64,000 nt of DNA. It comes from Candidatus Poribacteria bacterium. Lineage in GTDB: Bacteria; Poribacteria; WGA-4E; PCPOR2b. The notes under the pieces were generated by a model. It saw only the letters and a program-made list of their open reading frames with translations, was not told where the DNA came from and ran no database searches. The stretch is from NCBI GenBank assembly GCA_965247655.1, contig OZ252032.1, positions 4,397,414 to 4,461,413 on the forward strand, given 5' to 3'. This document shows, one piece after another, positions 10,578-20,256 of this stretch. How positions within the stretch are numbered: position 1 is the first letter of the stretch; every line of letters starts with the position of its first letter. The translations under genes and the position numbers were made by a program.

Positions 10578-10994
10578 TTAAGGATTCGGCGGTGAGGTAC
10601 AGATGAGAACCTCCATCGTCTCATTTCCAGTGTTCTCGATGCCGTGTTCGCACCATGGTGGCAGATGGATAAAGGTGCCTTCCTGCACATCGACCTTCTC
10701 GCCGGCGAGCGTCATGACGCCTTCCCCGCGTATAACAACGTAGCACTCCTCGGTGTGGTGACTGCCCGGTTCTAGTACAACGTGCGGGGGGATATAGAAC
10801 ATGACCAATCCCAGATTCTCAGCGGGTGCCTTGGGGTTGGCGGGATGGACGACCCGCACACCAATCCCATCGCAACCGGGATATTTCACCGGCACACCAT
10901 CCTGCGCACTGACAACATTTGGCAGTACCTTTTCTCTTGGTTTGGGGAATGGTGGCTCGCCTTGGTAACCTGTGAACATTGTAATTTTTGCCAT
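10578..10994 (-). CDS. Cupin-domain protein
   Basis: SHHTEECYVVIRGEG and PPWCEHGIENTG cupin motifs. Confidence 0.88.
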   Translation of the reverse strand: MAKITMFTGYQGEPPFPKPREKVLPNVVSAQDGVPVKYPGCDGIGVRVVHPANPKAPAENLGLVMFYIPPHVVLEPGSHHTEECYVVIRGEGVMTLAGEKVDVQEGTFIHLPPWCEHGIENTGNETMEVLICTSPPNP

Positions 10995-11039
10995 TGTTGT
11001 TACCTCACTTTTGATGATAGTTGATATAACTCAAGTAGA

Positions 11040-11420
11040 ACGTGAAACGCAAGCGTGGGTTTCACTATCGCTCAACCCAACCTGATATAAAAACTAGAAG
11101 CAGTATTTTTCTCGATTTATCGTGCATGTCCCCAATACGACACACATGTCGCCCCGCTGGGGCTTTAGGGAATTTGGGTTGTTGATATTCTATACACATA
11201 TCGCCCCGCTGGGGCTTTAGATATGTTCTGCTATACACATCGCGCTCCTCCCCGATAAGATCGGGATTCAAAACTGGAGCGAAAGGCACATCAGCTTTAA
11301 TAGAAAACCGATGGATTTTCGGTGTCTAGTAACTTGGTTATGATAGCACAAGTCTCCAGTTATAATCAATGTAAAGCGGTAGAACGTGAAACGTGATGCG
11401 TAAAACGTGAGCATGGGTTG
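11040..11420. repeat. REP-like intergenic cluster
   Basis: gtgggtttcac..caacccaac, two gccccgctggggc copies, cccgataagatcggg, cgtgaaacgtgatgcgtaaaacgtga. Confidence 0.75.
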
Positions 11421-11470
11421 CACTATGGTTACGGCATACGGAGTATGCCTACTACTTTGGTGACACTTCC

Positions 11471-11839
11471 TCAACTTCTGATTGCCGCCCATAGGAGACA
11501 GCCCCAGCCGATGATAAAGGCGACTCCGCCGATTGGTGTTATCACACCGAGCCAGCGGACACCGGTTAATGATAGAATATAAAGGCTGCCCGAAAAAATA
11601 ACGATGCCTGCCACAAATAACCAGCCGGATGCGGCGATCAGTTGGCTGCTCCACTGTGACGCGGCCCAAGCCACGGCGATTAATCCCAACGCATGATACA
11701 TCTGATAGCGCGCAGCAATCTCAAAGGTTTGGAACATATCCGGTGATAGCCGTGTTTTCAGAGCGTGGGCAGCAAAGGCACCTGTTATCACAGCGATCAG
11801 CGCGAAGCCAGAGCCGAGCGCGAAAAAAAGGCGTTGCAT
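11471..11839 (-). CDS. DUF423 / YgdD-TMEM256 membrane protein
   Basis: GAFAAHAL, ARYQMYHAL, FSGSLY, ITPIGG. Confidence 0.92.
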   Translation of the reverse strand: MQRLFFALGSGFALIAVITGAFAAHALKTRLSPDMFQTFEIAARYQMYHALGLIAVAWAASQWSSQLIAASGWLFVAGIVIFSGSLYILSLTGVRWLGVITPIGGVAFIIGWGCLLWAAIRS

Positions 11840-11965
11840 ATCTTCTTCTCCTATAACCTTGCATAAATCAATCGTAAAGGAAGGGTTGAAATCCACGTTT
11901 ACACAGATACTCACAAAAGAACGCAGTCAACTCCAAACAGCAGAAAACCAGCTATTCAACGGCTT

Positions 11966-12832
11966 TCAAAATGGTGTATTTTCTCCCACCTCTAAATCTT
12001 CAGACAGTATTTCTGACTCGGCGTATTCTGAATCAGCCCCCTTCTCGTTCAGTGTGAGAGGCGGCTCAGGACTTTCGGGGACTTCACTGGTTTTTGCCGC
12101 AGCGTCCAGTTGCTGGATGCGCCCCACCAACTCCTTGAAAAGCTCTGGCGCGGAGGTACCGGCTTGTAATTCCGCAGAAAGCTGGGTCCACTGCATCTCA
12201 GTCATATCGTTACGGGATTCAACAGCGTAACGACGCTTCACATAGTTCCAAAAATCGGACTTTGTGATGCCCTGTTCTTCAAATTTGCCTTCCAACTTGC
12301 TAGCCATTGCAAATGCGGCTTTCTGTGCATTGGAAACCTTACTGGTCGCAGCTGCACTCGGCAAGCCCATCTGAGCCGTTTCCGCCCCTGCTTGTCGATG
12401 AAGGTAGAAATTCAGTACCTCTTTGATGACCGTAACGGGTAGCAGCTGTTTGACGGCGTTGCGCTGCGCTTTGTGGATCGCTTTCGTGAACGCATGGGGA
12501 TCCTCGCGATTGCCCATCCGTTTCGCCTGCTCATACGCCCCATACCGCGACGAGCCGGTTACCGTATCCGTCGCTTTGGCTATAACAAGCCAAGATTGGT
12601 CCCGCTCTTCGTAGTTCACATCATCAACCTGAATCCCGCCTCGGCGATTTGCGGCTTCGTTTATTCCCGCAAGCGTTAACCCCTCGACAGTCTTACCGCC
12701 TTGCTTAAATGAGTAGACATAATCTTGAATGGCTTGTCCCGTCATCATTTCAACAATCGCTTGGTCATCAACCTGATCTAAGACCTCGTAGTCCGCGACC
12801 GGAACAAGTTCATTTTTTGTATCTTCAGCCAT
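11966..12832 (-). CDS. Hypothetical protein, possible Rad52/Sak-like ssDNA annealing protein
   Basis: Beta-strand run followed by helix AFTKAIHKAQRNAVKQLLP; linker with SNAQ; acidic tail ending PF. Confidence 0.45.
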   Translation of the reverse strand: MAEDTKNELVPVADYEVLDQVDDQAIVEMMTGQAIQDYVYSFKQGGKTVEGLTLAGINEAANRRGGIQVDDVNYEERDQSWLVIAKATDTVTGSSRYGAYEQAKRMGNREDPHAFTKAIHKAQRNAVKQLLPVTVIKEVLNFYLHRQAGAETAQMGLPSAAATSKVSNAQKAAFAMASKLEGKFEEQGITKSDFWNYVKRRYAVESRNDMTEMQWTQLSAELQAGTSAPELFKELVGRIQQLDAAAKTSEVPESPEPPLTLNEKGADSEYAESEILSEDLEVGENTPF

Positions 12833-12900
12833 TTTTTATCCTCCAGTATTTCGGAATATGCAAACAAAATTGAACATCCTTTCTCACTAGAATATTGTAA

Positions 12901-13068
12901 CGTAAGTTGCCAGTTATGGGTTATGTCGCAGCTTGGGTCAATGAGAACCAAAGTGAACCAATCACCGCTTGCAGTGGATTGACAAATCCACTGCACAGGT
13001 GCAAAGCCCGATAAATCGTGACCAGGAATGGCTTGGATATGTCTATCCAAGCCGAGCAACACTTATAC
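12901..13068. ncRNA. Candidate structured RNA
   Basis: Hairpins tgcagtggatt/aatccactgca and ggcttggata/tatccaagcc; closing stem taagttgc/gcaacactta. Confidence 0.35.
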
Positions 13069-13276
13069 CTAAGAATACAACACAGTTACCAAAAAAGATG
13101 CAAAATGTTCCAATTTTCAATGACTAGCAACTTGGGTTATTGTAACAAATTTTTTAACAAATGTCAATACACAATTCCCATCTGTTAAAAGCATTCCATA
13201 TATGCCAACGGTTTGTTGTCGCCTGCAATCGGATCGGAAACTTGCCCATTTCCGGAGTGACTTCGTGGTTGAAAGT

Positions 13277-13837
13277 TCACCACCGCGTCGCCGCCTCACG
13301 ATAGAGCGTAATCTGCTGCATATTGCGACGGATCTCAAGCTGGATTGCCTTCCGCTGTCGGTTGGCATCTTTGATAATGATTGGCGCACGGAGTATGTTG
13401 GTCATTGTTACTGCCCCCGATTGAAAGAAAATCCACATCCGCTGCTCGGTGTAGGGGTTGACGATGTACTCTTGCCCCGGCTCAAAGAAATCATACTTCG
13501 GGTATTCTAACCCAATCGTTTTGTCGTAGCTATCAAGTATCAATTCTTCTGGGCCGACCTTCGGCGAATAGCCGCTGAGTTTGCATCGCCGGATTCGGAT
13601 TGGGCTACCGGACTTATTGATAAGCCGCAGGGAGACGATGATTGCCAAGCGGTGGTTGTCATCACGGTTGATAAACCACGTATCGTCTTGGATGGCTTCG
13701 ATCGTGAACCCGGGAATCTGACGCTTCTGATGATAGATAGCCGCAAATGCAATGAATCCCCCGATAGCAGCAAGCGTCCAGAGACCGGTCGGCGTCGATA
13801 GGAACTGGAGCAGCTGTTTTAATATTTGTTGTAGCAC
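13277..13837 (-). CDS. Hypothetical single-pass membrane protein
   Basis: 186-aa ORF, GGAGG RBS, N-terminal TM segment. Confidence 0.65.
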   Translation of the reverse strand: MLQQILKQLLQFLSTPTGLWTLAAIGGFIAFAAIYHQKRQIPGFTIEAIQDDTWFINRDDNHRLAIIVSLRLINKSGSPIRIRRCKLSGYSPKVGPEELILDSYDKTIGLEYPKYDFFEPGQEYIVNPYTEQRMWIFFQSGAVTMTNILRAPIIIKDANRQRKAIQLEIRRNMQQITLYREAATRW

Positions 13838-13906
13838 CCTGCCTCCTCTAGGCTTGTGTTTGAACTGATAGAAATTCGCGTCGGCACGTTGTAGTGAAGT
13901 CGCCTT

Positions 13907-14569
13907 TCAATCTGGCGCACCGGTCATCGGAACAAAGCGAACACCGCTGACGGTTTTGCACTCAATACCGTGTTCCGTTCTGCAAATCCGAACCAAATCC
14001 TGATGATAGTCACCGATCGGCAATATCATGAGTCCGTCCTCCGCCAACTGCTTGATGAGACGATGCGGTAGCTTCTTTGGAGCGGCAGTCACAATTATTC
14101 GATCGTAAGGGGCGTATTTCTCCCAACCATAGTAGCCGTTACCGTGTTTTTTATTGATGTTTCGATAGTCGGACTCCTCAAACCGTTTCGACGCACTCGC
14201 CGCGAGTTCGGGGACAATCTCAACGGTGTAGACGTGTTCAACCATCTCCGCTAAGACAGCGGTTTGATACCCACACCCTGTGCCAATTTCTAACACTTTT
14301 GACGCTGTTTTCAATTCCAGCAGCTCGGTCATCAGCGCAACGATGTAAGGCTGAGAGATTGTTTGTCCACACTGAATTGGCATCGCGTTATCTTCGTAAG
14401 CCTCCCCCATACTATCTGGATCGACAAATAGATGCCGCGGTACTTTCTGCATGATTTCCAGCACTCTTTTGTCTTTAACCCCGCGTCCTCGGATCTGTTC
14501 ATCCACCATTTTCTCGCGCAGATCGGTATAGTGATCATCATTCTGCGTTTTTTTTCGATGGAAAAACAT
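13907..14569 (-). CDS. pcm: Protein-L-isoaspartate O-methyltransferase
   Basis: VPRHLFV, GQTISQPYIVA, VLEIGTGCGYQTAVL, APYDRIIVTAA, FVPM. Confidence 0.96.
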   Translation of the reverse strand: MFFHRKKTQNDDHYTDLREKMVDEQIRGRGVKDKRVLEIMQKVPRHLFVDPDSMGEAYEDNAMPIQCGQTISQPYIVALMTELLELKTASKVLEIGTGCGYQTAVLAEMVEHVYTVEIVPELAASASKRFEESDYRNINKKHGNGYYGWEKYAPYDRIIVTAAPKKLPHRLIKQLAEDGLMILPIGDYHQDLVRICRTEHGIECKTVSGVRFVPMTGAPD

Positions 14570-14614
14570 TGTGAATTACCCAATCTTGTTAGAATGCTAG
14601 CAGAAATGTGAGAC

Positions 14615-15283
14615 CTATTGATGGATACCGGACTTATTTCCAGTCGGACATTGGCTCCGCAAAATGCACCGCTCACACTGGGGTGTTTTTTGGCATATCC
14701 GTGCGCCGTGACGCACAATCAGGGCATGATATTGATTGAACAACTGGCAGTCGTGAGGGAGGTTTCCCATGAAAATCTGTTGTAGCCGACCGTAATGGAA
14801 TTTGCCGCTGAACCACCCCAGCCGTTCCAACAAGCGATAGGTATAAGTGTCAACGACGAAACTCGGCTTTTTGGCGGCGTAAAGCAGGATTGAGTCGGCT
14901 GTTTCCTCACCGATTCCATAAATCGAAAGCAGCTCTTTCCTAAGCGTCGGCAGCTCCCGTGCAAATAGTGAACTCAACTGATTGTTGTGGTGCGCTTGTA
15001 GATGTGTGAGAAATGCCCGGACCTTCTTCGCTTTGGCACGGTAGTATCCTGATGGAAGGATGAGCGTTTCTAATTCGTCTTGGGAAAGTTTGCCCAATCC
15101 CTCCGGATTCAGTAGGTTCGCAGCTTTGAGGTTGTTAATCGCCTTGGCGGCATTTCCCCAAGCGGTTGCTTGACCCAAGATTGCACCGATAATAATCTCA
15201 AACGGTGTTTCGGCGGGCCACCAGTTTAGTTCGCCATACTCGGCATAGAGGCCATCGTACAGTTTAAGGAGTTTCTTACGCAT
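14615..15283 (-). CDS. Endonuclease III-related HhH-GPD glycosylase with 4Fe-4S motif
   Basis: WWPAETPFE, GIGEETADSILLYA, FVVDTY, CQKTPQCERCILRSQC. Confidence 0.9.
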   Translation of the reverse strand: MRKKLLKLYDGLYAEYGELNWWPAETPFEIIIGAILGQATAWGNAAKAINNLKAANLLNPEGLGKLSQDELETLILPSGYYRAKAKKVRAFLTHLQAHHNNQLSSLFARELPTLRKELLSIYGIGEETADSILLYAAKKPSFVVDTYTYRLLERLGWFSGKFHYGRLQQIFMGNLPHDCQLFNQYHALIVRHGARICQKTPQCERCILRSQCPTGNKSGIHQ

Positions 15284-15300
15284 TATGCCTTCCGATGTAG

Positions 15301-16479
15301 TTAAGCTTCTTGGTGTGCAAGAAGATACGATGCTTCCAAGTATTGTGGATCTATTTTGCGTTCGCGTGGAAGGTAGATTGCGACTTGAATCCCTATCCCG
15401 TGCAAGTACCTACACATGAGCGGGCCCACATCAGCCCAATTCAAATTACCCAACCCACAACCTAGCGCCGGCATCGCTAGAGATTGAATCCCCTCCTCCT
15501 TAAAGTTTCTTTTTACCCAATCTAAACCATCCTCGATATCTTCCAAGCGCGAGTTCTCTCGCCACTGTCGCTTCGTTGCAAAGAGCAAAAACCACTTTAC
15601 CGCATTAGGCGTCGAAAGCGGCAAACTAGGGTCCGCCAACTCTTGATCCAGCGAAGTCTCGCGCTTATACAGATACGGTTTCCTCGCTGTAATTTTTCGA
15701 GCACGACAGGCATCCTGATAAATGACATAAACATCAGGGAATTGATACTTCGCTCGTGATGCCAATCCCTTTCCCATTACTCCTTGAAGATTTACACTGA
15801 TTGTCAATGTTTGCATGGTGGAAAAGAACATATCGCCATCAATCAGGGAAATGTTGTCTCCAATCTGAGTTTTGGATTCTGGTTGAAAGAACCTATGAGG
15901 TTCTGGAATGACGGGAATTTGGCGGTTCCCAACGATCTGCCTCACCCGATCTCTGGTGGTATCGTTAGCGACAAAAAACGAATGGATGTATTCCGGCTTG
16001 ACTTGACCGGGTACTAAACATTCCGCCATAATTTTGCGTTTGGAGCCGTCCCCTTCCTTCCACCAATCGCTCTGAATAACCGTCCGCTGCTCGTAGAGCA
16101 CTGCTAGCCCCTCGGATTGGGAGTAAAATCGGGTTGGATCGTTGGCTGCGTTACCATCCGTGATAACAATATCTTGTTCTTGCAACACCTTTTTCAAGAT
16201 ACCAACGATGACCAGATCTTCTTTCTCCTTTTGATGAATAAGGCAATACATCATTGGGTTACGCGGTTGAAAGTATAGGTTAGCGTAATCCCAGAGGCTT
16301 TTTCCGTCCAGTGTAAATTTGTCTTTGCGCTTGCTAACGATATCTATGTTATAAATCGGTGTGGAGGATACATTTAGTTCTTCAATTTTTGCGTGAGCAA
16401 GGATACCTTTGTCAAGGATGGATGGTAGGTTATCTATGTGAGTAATGTAGTAAAGTGATACAGGATCGAACGTTCTCAT
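15301..16479 (-). CDS. darT: DarT (DUF4433) DNA ADP-ribosyltransferase fused to a DarG-type macrodomain
   Basis: YYITHIDNLPSIL, YANLYFQPRNPMMY, TDGNAA, MAECLVP; then GDMF, VNLQGVMGKGLA, FATKRQWR, AMPALGCGLG. Confidence 0.88.
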   Translation of the reverse strand: MRTFDPVSLYYITHIDNLPSILDKGILAHAKIEELNVSSTPIYNIDIVSKRKDKFTLDGKSLWDYANLYFQPRNPMMYCLIHQKEKEDLVIVGILKKVLQEQDIVITDGNAANDPTRFYSQSEGLAVLYEQRTVIQSDWWKEGDGSKRKIMAECLVPGQVKPEYIHSFFVANDTTRDRVRQIVGNRQIPVIPEPHRFFQPESKTQIGDNISLIDGDMFFSTMQTLTISVNLQGVMGKGLASRAKYQFPDVYVIYQDACRARKITARKPYLYKRETSLDQELADPSLPLSTPNAVKWFLLFATKRQWRENSRLEDIEDGLDWVKRNFKEEGIQSLAMPALGCGLGNLNWADVGPLMCRYLHGIGIQVAIYLPRERKIDPQYLEASYLLAHQEA

Positions 16480-16658
16480 AGCTTCCCTCCTTCCAATAAC
16501 AACGTTTAACTCGCAAATACGCTACAAAATGAAGGGGCTTATGCAGTGATTCATACCTGCTTGCACTTCCCAGCCTGAAAATCTGCAATTGCTTGATTAG
16601 CCAGTTAATCTAACTTTCCAGATTTTGTATCTTCCTCAAACAGTAATTCCCGCTGCAT

Positions 16659-16943
16659 CTACGAGATTACATCTTCCAGCCCTTCCGATTTTCGCAGGTC
16701 CCTAAACACGGCAGGCTTTTCACCGCGCATCCGCTTGGTATCTCGTGCCATGACAGAGAGATCGGCGCCGACATATTCCGCCAAATCTATCTTATTGATA
16801 ATTAGCAGATCGGAGCGCGTAATTCCCGGACCGCCTTTCCGGGGAATCTTATCCCCGCCGGCAACATCAATCACATAGATCGCGGCATCAACCAACTCAG
16901 GACTGAAGAAGGTGGCGAGGTTATCCCCACAGCTCTCAAGAAG
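16659..16943 (-). pseudogene. ureG: Urease accessory GTPase fragment (3' half)
   Basis: [47 protein letters not shown]; no N-terminal half; TAG at a probable Trp position. Confidence 0.88.
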
Positions 16944-16958
16944 TCGTAAGATTTACAG

Positions 16959-17465
16959 TCATTCTATAGACAGACTATAGATCTCGAAGCCAAGTTCTTC
17001 GTCGATAGTGTACTCCTCATAATCGATCGACGCCTTTACGGGATAACCCAATTCAGAGTGATATTCGACTGAAATGCTGTGTGCATTCTTATCGATTCCT
17101 TCTTGCAGGAAATCAAAAAGCCCCTCAATTGTGAGGTAACGCTTGACAGCGACTTCGACGGGAATTGGAACACCACCTATCGCATAAGCGGCACTGTCAA
17201 TTCTGTTTTCGCGCACGGAGATGTTAACCGGGTCAATATATTCCGGAGCGCAAAAACAGGACCATCGGAAATTGAATTGATAGTCTGATACCATTTTCGA
17301 CGCCCACTGCCTCCGATTCTGATCCAGTTTCGATTGAATATCAGTCAGCCCAGGCTCATCGTCTGGCTTGATCACAGAGTCGATTGGTATACAACCAAGC
17401 AGTAGGGGGAGTGTAGCGCATAGTAAGATCATGCGATATAAGGTGTGCATATTTTTCATTGTCAA
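16959..17465 (-). CDS. DUF6174-like lipoprotein, copy 1 (divergent)
   Basis: Lipobox LLLGC; CFC, TIEGLFD, YHSELGYP, DEE. Confidence 0.75.
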   Translation of the reverse strand: MTMKNMHTLYRMILLCATLPLLLGCIPIDSVIKPDDEPGLTDIQSKLDQNRRQWASKMVSDYQFNFRWSCFCAPEYIDPVNISVRENRIDSAAYAIGGVPIPVEVAVKRYLTIEGLFDFLQEGIDKNAHSISVEYHSELGYPVKASIDYEEYTIDEELGFEIYSLSIE

Positions 17466-17601
17466 TTTCCTCCATCATAGTTGTTAGTTTTCAGACAACT
17501 TCTCTACATTTCATGAGCCAGACACCACCGCTTCTATCTACGTAGCGCGGTTCTCGTCAGGGGTGCGATTGGAGTTTGTGTATGACTCGCGTGACTTATA
17601 G

Positions 17602-18081
17602 TCATTCTATAGACAGACTATTGATATCGAAGCCAATTTCTTCGTCGACAGAGGACTCCTCATAATCGATCGACGCCTTTACGGGATAACCCAATTCAGA
17701 GTGATAGTCAGCTGAAATGGCGTGTGCATTCTTATCGATTCCCTCTTGCAGGAGATCAAAAAGCCCCTCAATTGTCCGGTAATCCTCGATACCTCCAATA
17801 GCAAATGGAACATCATCTTTCACGAAAGCGACATCAACAATCCTGCTTTCACGCACGGAGATGCTAACCGGTTCGACATATTCCTGACTGCAAAAACACT
17901 TCCATCGGAAATTAAATTGATAATTAGACGCCATTGCCGATGCCCACTTCTTCCGATTCTGATCCAGTTTCGACTGGACATCAGCCAGTCTGTCGTCCTT
18001 TAGAATACAACCAAGCAGCAGGGAGAGTGTAGTGCATAGTAAGATTATGCGATATAAGGTGTGCATATTTTTCATTGTCAA
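17602..18081 (-). CDS. DUF6174-like lipoprotein, copy 2
   Basis: Same motifs as copy 1; intact. Confidence 0.75.
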   Translation of the reverse strand: MTMKNMHTLYRIILLCTTLSLLLGCILKDDRLADVQSKLDQNRKKWASAMASNYQFNFRWKCFCSQEYVEPVSISVRESRIVDVAFVKDDVPFAIGGIEDYRTIEGLFDLLQEGIDKNAHAISADYHSELGYPVKASIDYEESSVDEEIGFDINSLSIE

Positions 18082-18217
18082 TTTCCTCCATCATAGTTGT
18101 TAGTTTTCAGACAACTTCTCTACATTTCATGAGCCAGACACCACCGCTTCTATCTACGTAGCGCGGTTCTCGTCAGGGGTGCGATTGGAGTTTGTGTATG
18201 ACTCGCGTGACTTATAG

Positions 18218-18611
18218 TCATTCTATAGACAGACTATTGATATCGAAGCCAATTTCTTCGTCGACAGTGTACTCCTCATAATCGATCGACGCCTTTACGA
18301 ATTGTCCGGTAATCCTCGATACCTCCAATAGCAAATGGAACATCATCTTTCACGAAAGCGACATCAACAATCCTGCTTTCACGCACGGAGATGCTAACCG
18401 GTTCGACATATTCCTGACTGCAAAAACACTTCCATCGGAAATTAAATTGATAATTAGACGCCATTGCCGATGCCCACTTCTTCCGATTCTGATCCAGTTT
18501 CGACTGGACATCAGCCAGTCTGTCGTCCTTTAGAATACAACCAAGCAGCAGGGAGAGTGTAGTGCATAGTAAGATTATGCGATATAAGGTGTGCATATTT
18601 TTCATTGTCAA
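18218..18611 (-). pseudogene. DUF6174-like lipoprotein, copy 3, 86-bp frameshifting deletion
   Basis: gcctttacg|aattgtcc junction at ~18299 lacks the ggataac..cccctc segment present in copies 2 and 4. Confidence 0.8.
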
Positions 18612-18747
18612 TTTCCTCCATCATAGTTGTTAGTTTTCAGACAACTTCTCTACATTTCATGAGCCAGACACCACCGCTTCTATCTACGTAGCGCGGTTCT
18701 CGTCAGGGGTGCGATTGGAGTTTGTGTATGACTCGCGTGACTTATAG

Positions 18748-19206
18748 TCATTCTATAGACAGACTATTGATATCGAAGCCAATTTCTTCGTCGACAGTGT
18801 ACTCCTCATAATCGATCGACGCCTTTACGGGATAACCCAATTCAGAGTGATAGTCAGCTGAAATGGTGTGTGCATTCTTATCGATTCCCTCTTGCAGGAG
18901 ATCAAAAAGCCCCTCAATTGTCCGGTAATCCTCGATACCTCCAATAGCAAATGGAACATCATCTTTCACGAAAGCGACATCAACAATCCTGCTTTCACGC
19001 ACGGAGATGCTAACCGGTTCGACATATTCCTGACTGCAAAAACACTTCCATCGGAAATTAAATTGATAATTAGACGCCATTGCCGATGCCCACTTCTTCC
19101 GATTCTGATCCAGTTTCGACTGGACATCAGCCAGTCTGTCGTCCTTTAGAATACAACCAAGCAGCAGGGAGAGTGTAGTGCATAGTAAGATTATGCGATA
19201 TGGCAT
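18748..19206 (-). CDS. DUF6174-like lipoprotein, copy 4, native 5' end replaced
   Basis: Identity to copy 2 stops at ~19201; alternative ATG (MPYRIILL) at 19206. Confidence 0.6.
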   Translation of the reverse strand: MPYRIILLCTTLSLLLGCILKDDRLADVQSKLDQNRKKWASAMASNYQFNFRWKCFCSQEYVEPVSISVRESRIVDVAFVKDDVPFAIGGIEDYRTIEGLFDLLQEGIDKNAHTISADYHSELGYPVKASIDYEEYTVDEEIGFDINSLSIE

Positions 19207-19222
19207 CGGGTTACTTGTGTTG

Positions 19223-19432
19223 TTAGACACACCCTTCAAGAGGAAAAGGCTGCGCCCATTTCCAGTATCCACTTGAGTTTTCATATAATTGGACAACATT
19301 GCAGACCGCACGGATTGGTCCCAAGTCCTTCATTATCCCCAAGAGTTCCGCCTCTGCAATAGCCGATAACTCTGCACTCCGGTTCGCAACCCTCAGGTGC
19401 GGAATGATCTCAGTGAATTTCCCACCGTACCC
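19223..19432 (-). pseudogene. 3' fragment duplicate of the 2'-5' RNA ligase-family gene
   Basis: YGGKFTEIIPHLRVANRSAELSAIAEA.. closely matches the C-terminus of 20257-20793. Confidence 0.85.
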
Positions 19433-19510
19433 CACCGCAACCCGAAAAACATTAATAAAACCATAACCTAAACTGTCAACTCCAACGGCTAGTTCGGCTG
19501 TCGTTGTTTT

Positions 19511-19708
19511 CTACTCCAACTCAACGGATGAATTCTGAAGTACCATCATCTTTTTGAGGCGTTTGGGCGGCAAAGAAATCACTTTTTTATGACTCAACCT
19601 CTGTTTTTCCTGTAAATCCCGGCAAATCGCGTCAAGATCATAATTGAATTTTTTGGCATACGCATCGCGTGCCTGACGAACTTCCTCGACTATTGTATCT
19701 AGTTGCAT
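19511..19708 (-). CDS. Small PIN-associated protein (putative antitoxin)
   Basis: DTIVEEVRQARDAYAKKFNYDLDAI; 4 bp downstream of the PIN gene. Confidence 0.65.
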   Translation of the reverse strand: MQLDTIVEEVRQARDAYAKKFNYDLDAICRDLQEKQRLSHKKVISLPPKRLKKMMVLQNSSVELE

Positions 19709-19712
19709 AAAT

Positions 19713-20186
19713 TCATTCCTCCATTAATTCAAGGGGTGTACAAAGAATTGGTGCTTGGTAGCCAGTAGATTCACAAACGATGTTAATCTGGTGGCGGAAA
19801 GTGGCATTGGCAATATGGCGACAGTTCCATGTTAGCAGATAATCCATCCCATGAGCAGTCGCCACAGCAATGTGCAACGCATCAATTTGAGCTCTTTCTG
19901 GTAACGGCGTGTTGGAAATTAACGTCTTGGCTAAATCGCGTGCACTATCGGTGATATCAAGTTCAGGAATATCCTCAAGTACTTGAAGCCGTCGTCGCAC
20001 TGCATCTGGATCGCCTACCGACGCTTCTTCAATGACCGCTCTTGAGGTAAACACGTCGAAGTTGCTTTTCTGTTCGTCCCACCAAATTCGCGTTGCTTGT
20101 TGATGTGCTGCCATCAAGAGTTGTGGACTTCGCCAAGCAGTCAAATAGCTAACAACTGTTGTTTCGAGATACACTTTCTCCTTCAT
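19713..20186 (-). CDS. PIN-domain (VapC-like) toxin
   Basis: VYLETTVVSYL, DALHIAVA, DYLLTWNCRHIAN. Confidence 0.88.
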   Translation of the reverse strand: MKEKVYLETTVVSYLTAWRSPQLLMAAHQQATRIWWDEQKSNFDVFTSRAVIEEASVGDPDAVRRRLQVLEDIPELDITDSARDLAKTLISNTPLPERAQIDALHIAVATAHGMDYLLTWNCRHIANATFRHQINIVCESTGYQAPILCTPLELMEE

Positions 20187-20256
20187 CTCCTTTTCCCTCC
20201 CTCGAAGCCATTGACCACTCTGGCATTCTCCCAGCCACCCAAATTGCTTTCAGTTG

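Larger units (their letters stand above)
16959..19201 (-). repeat. Tandem array of four gene-sized units (spacings 643, 616, 530 bp)
   Basis: Stop codons at 16959, 17602, 18218, 18748; identical 136-bp spacers at 17466-17601, 18082-18217, 18612-18747. Confidence 0.92.

Noticed and set aside
12871-12884. LexA-like box (gaacatcctttc) upstream of the annealase-like gene
   Set aside because: Imperfect single match, and the LexA motif of this lineage is unknown to me
16659-16943. Urease operon
   Set aside because: Only a ureG fragment; no other ure genes in the window
17466-18747. Identical spacers read as a CRISPR array
   Set aside because: Repeats are 136 bp and separate paralogous genes, not unique spacers; no cas genes
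17602-19201. DGR-like adenine mutagenesis: the three copy 2/copy 4 differences all fall on coding-strand A of copy 4
   Set aside because: Only three sites; copy 1 differences are not A-restricted; no reverse transcriptase in the window
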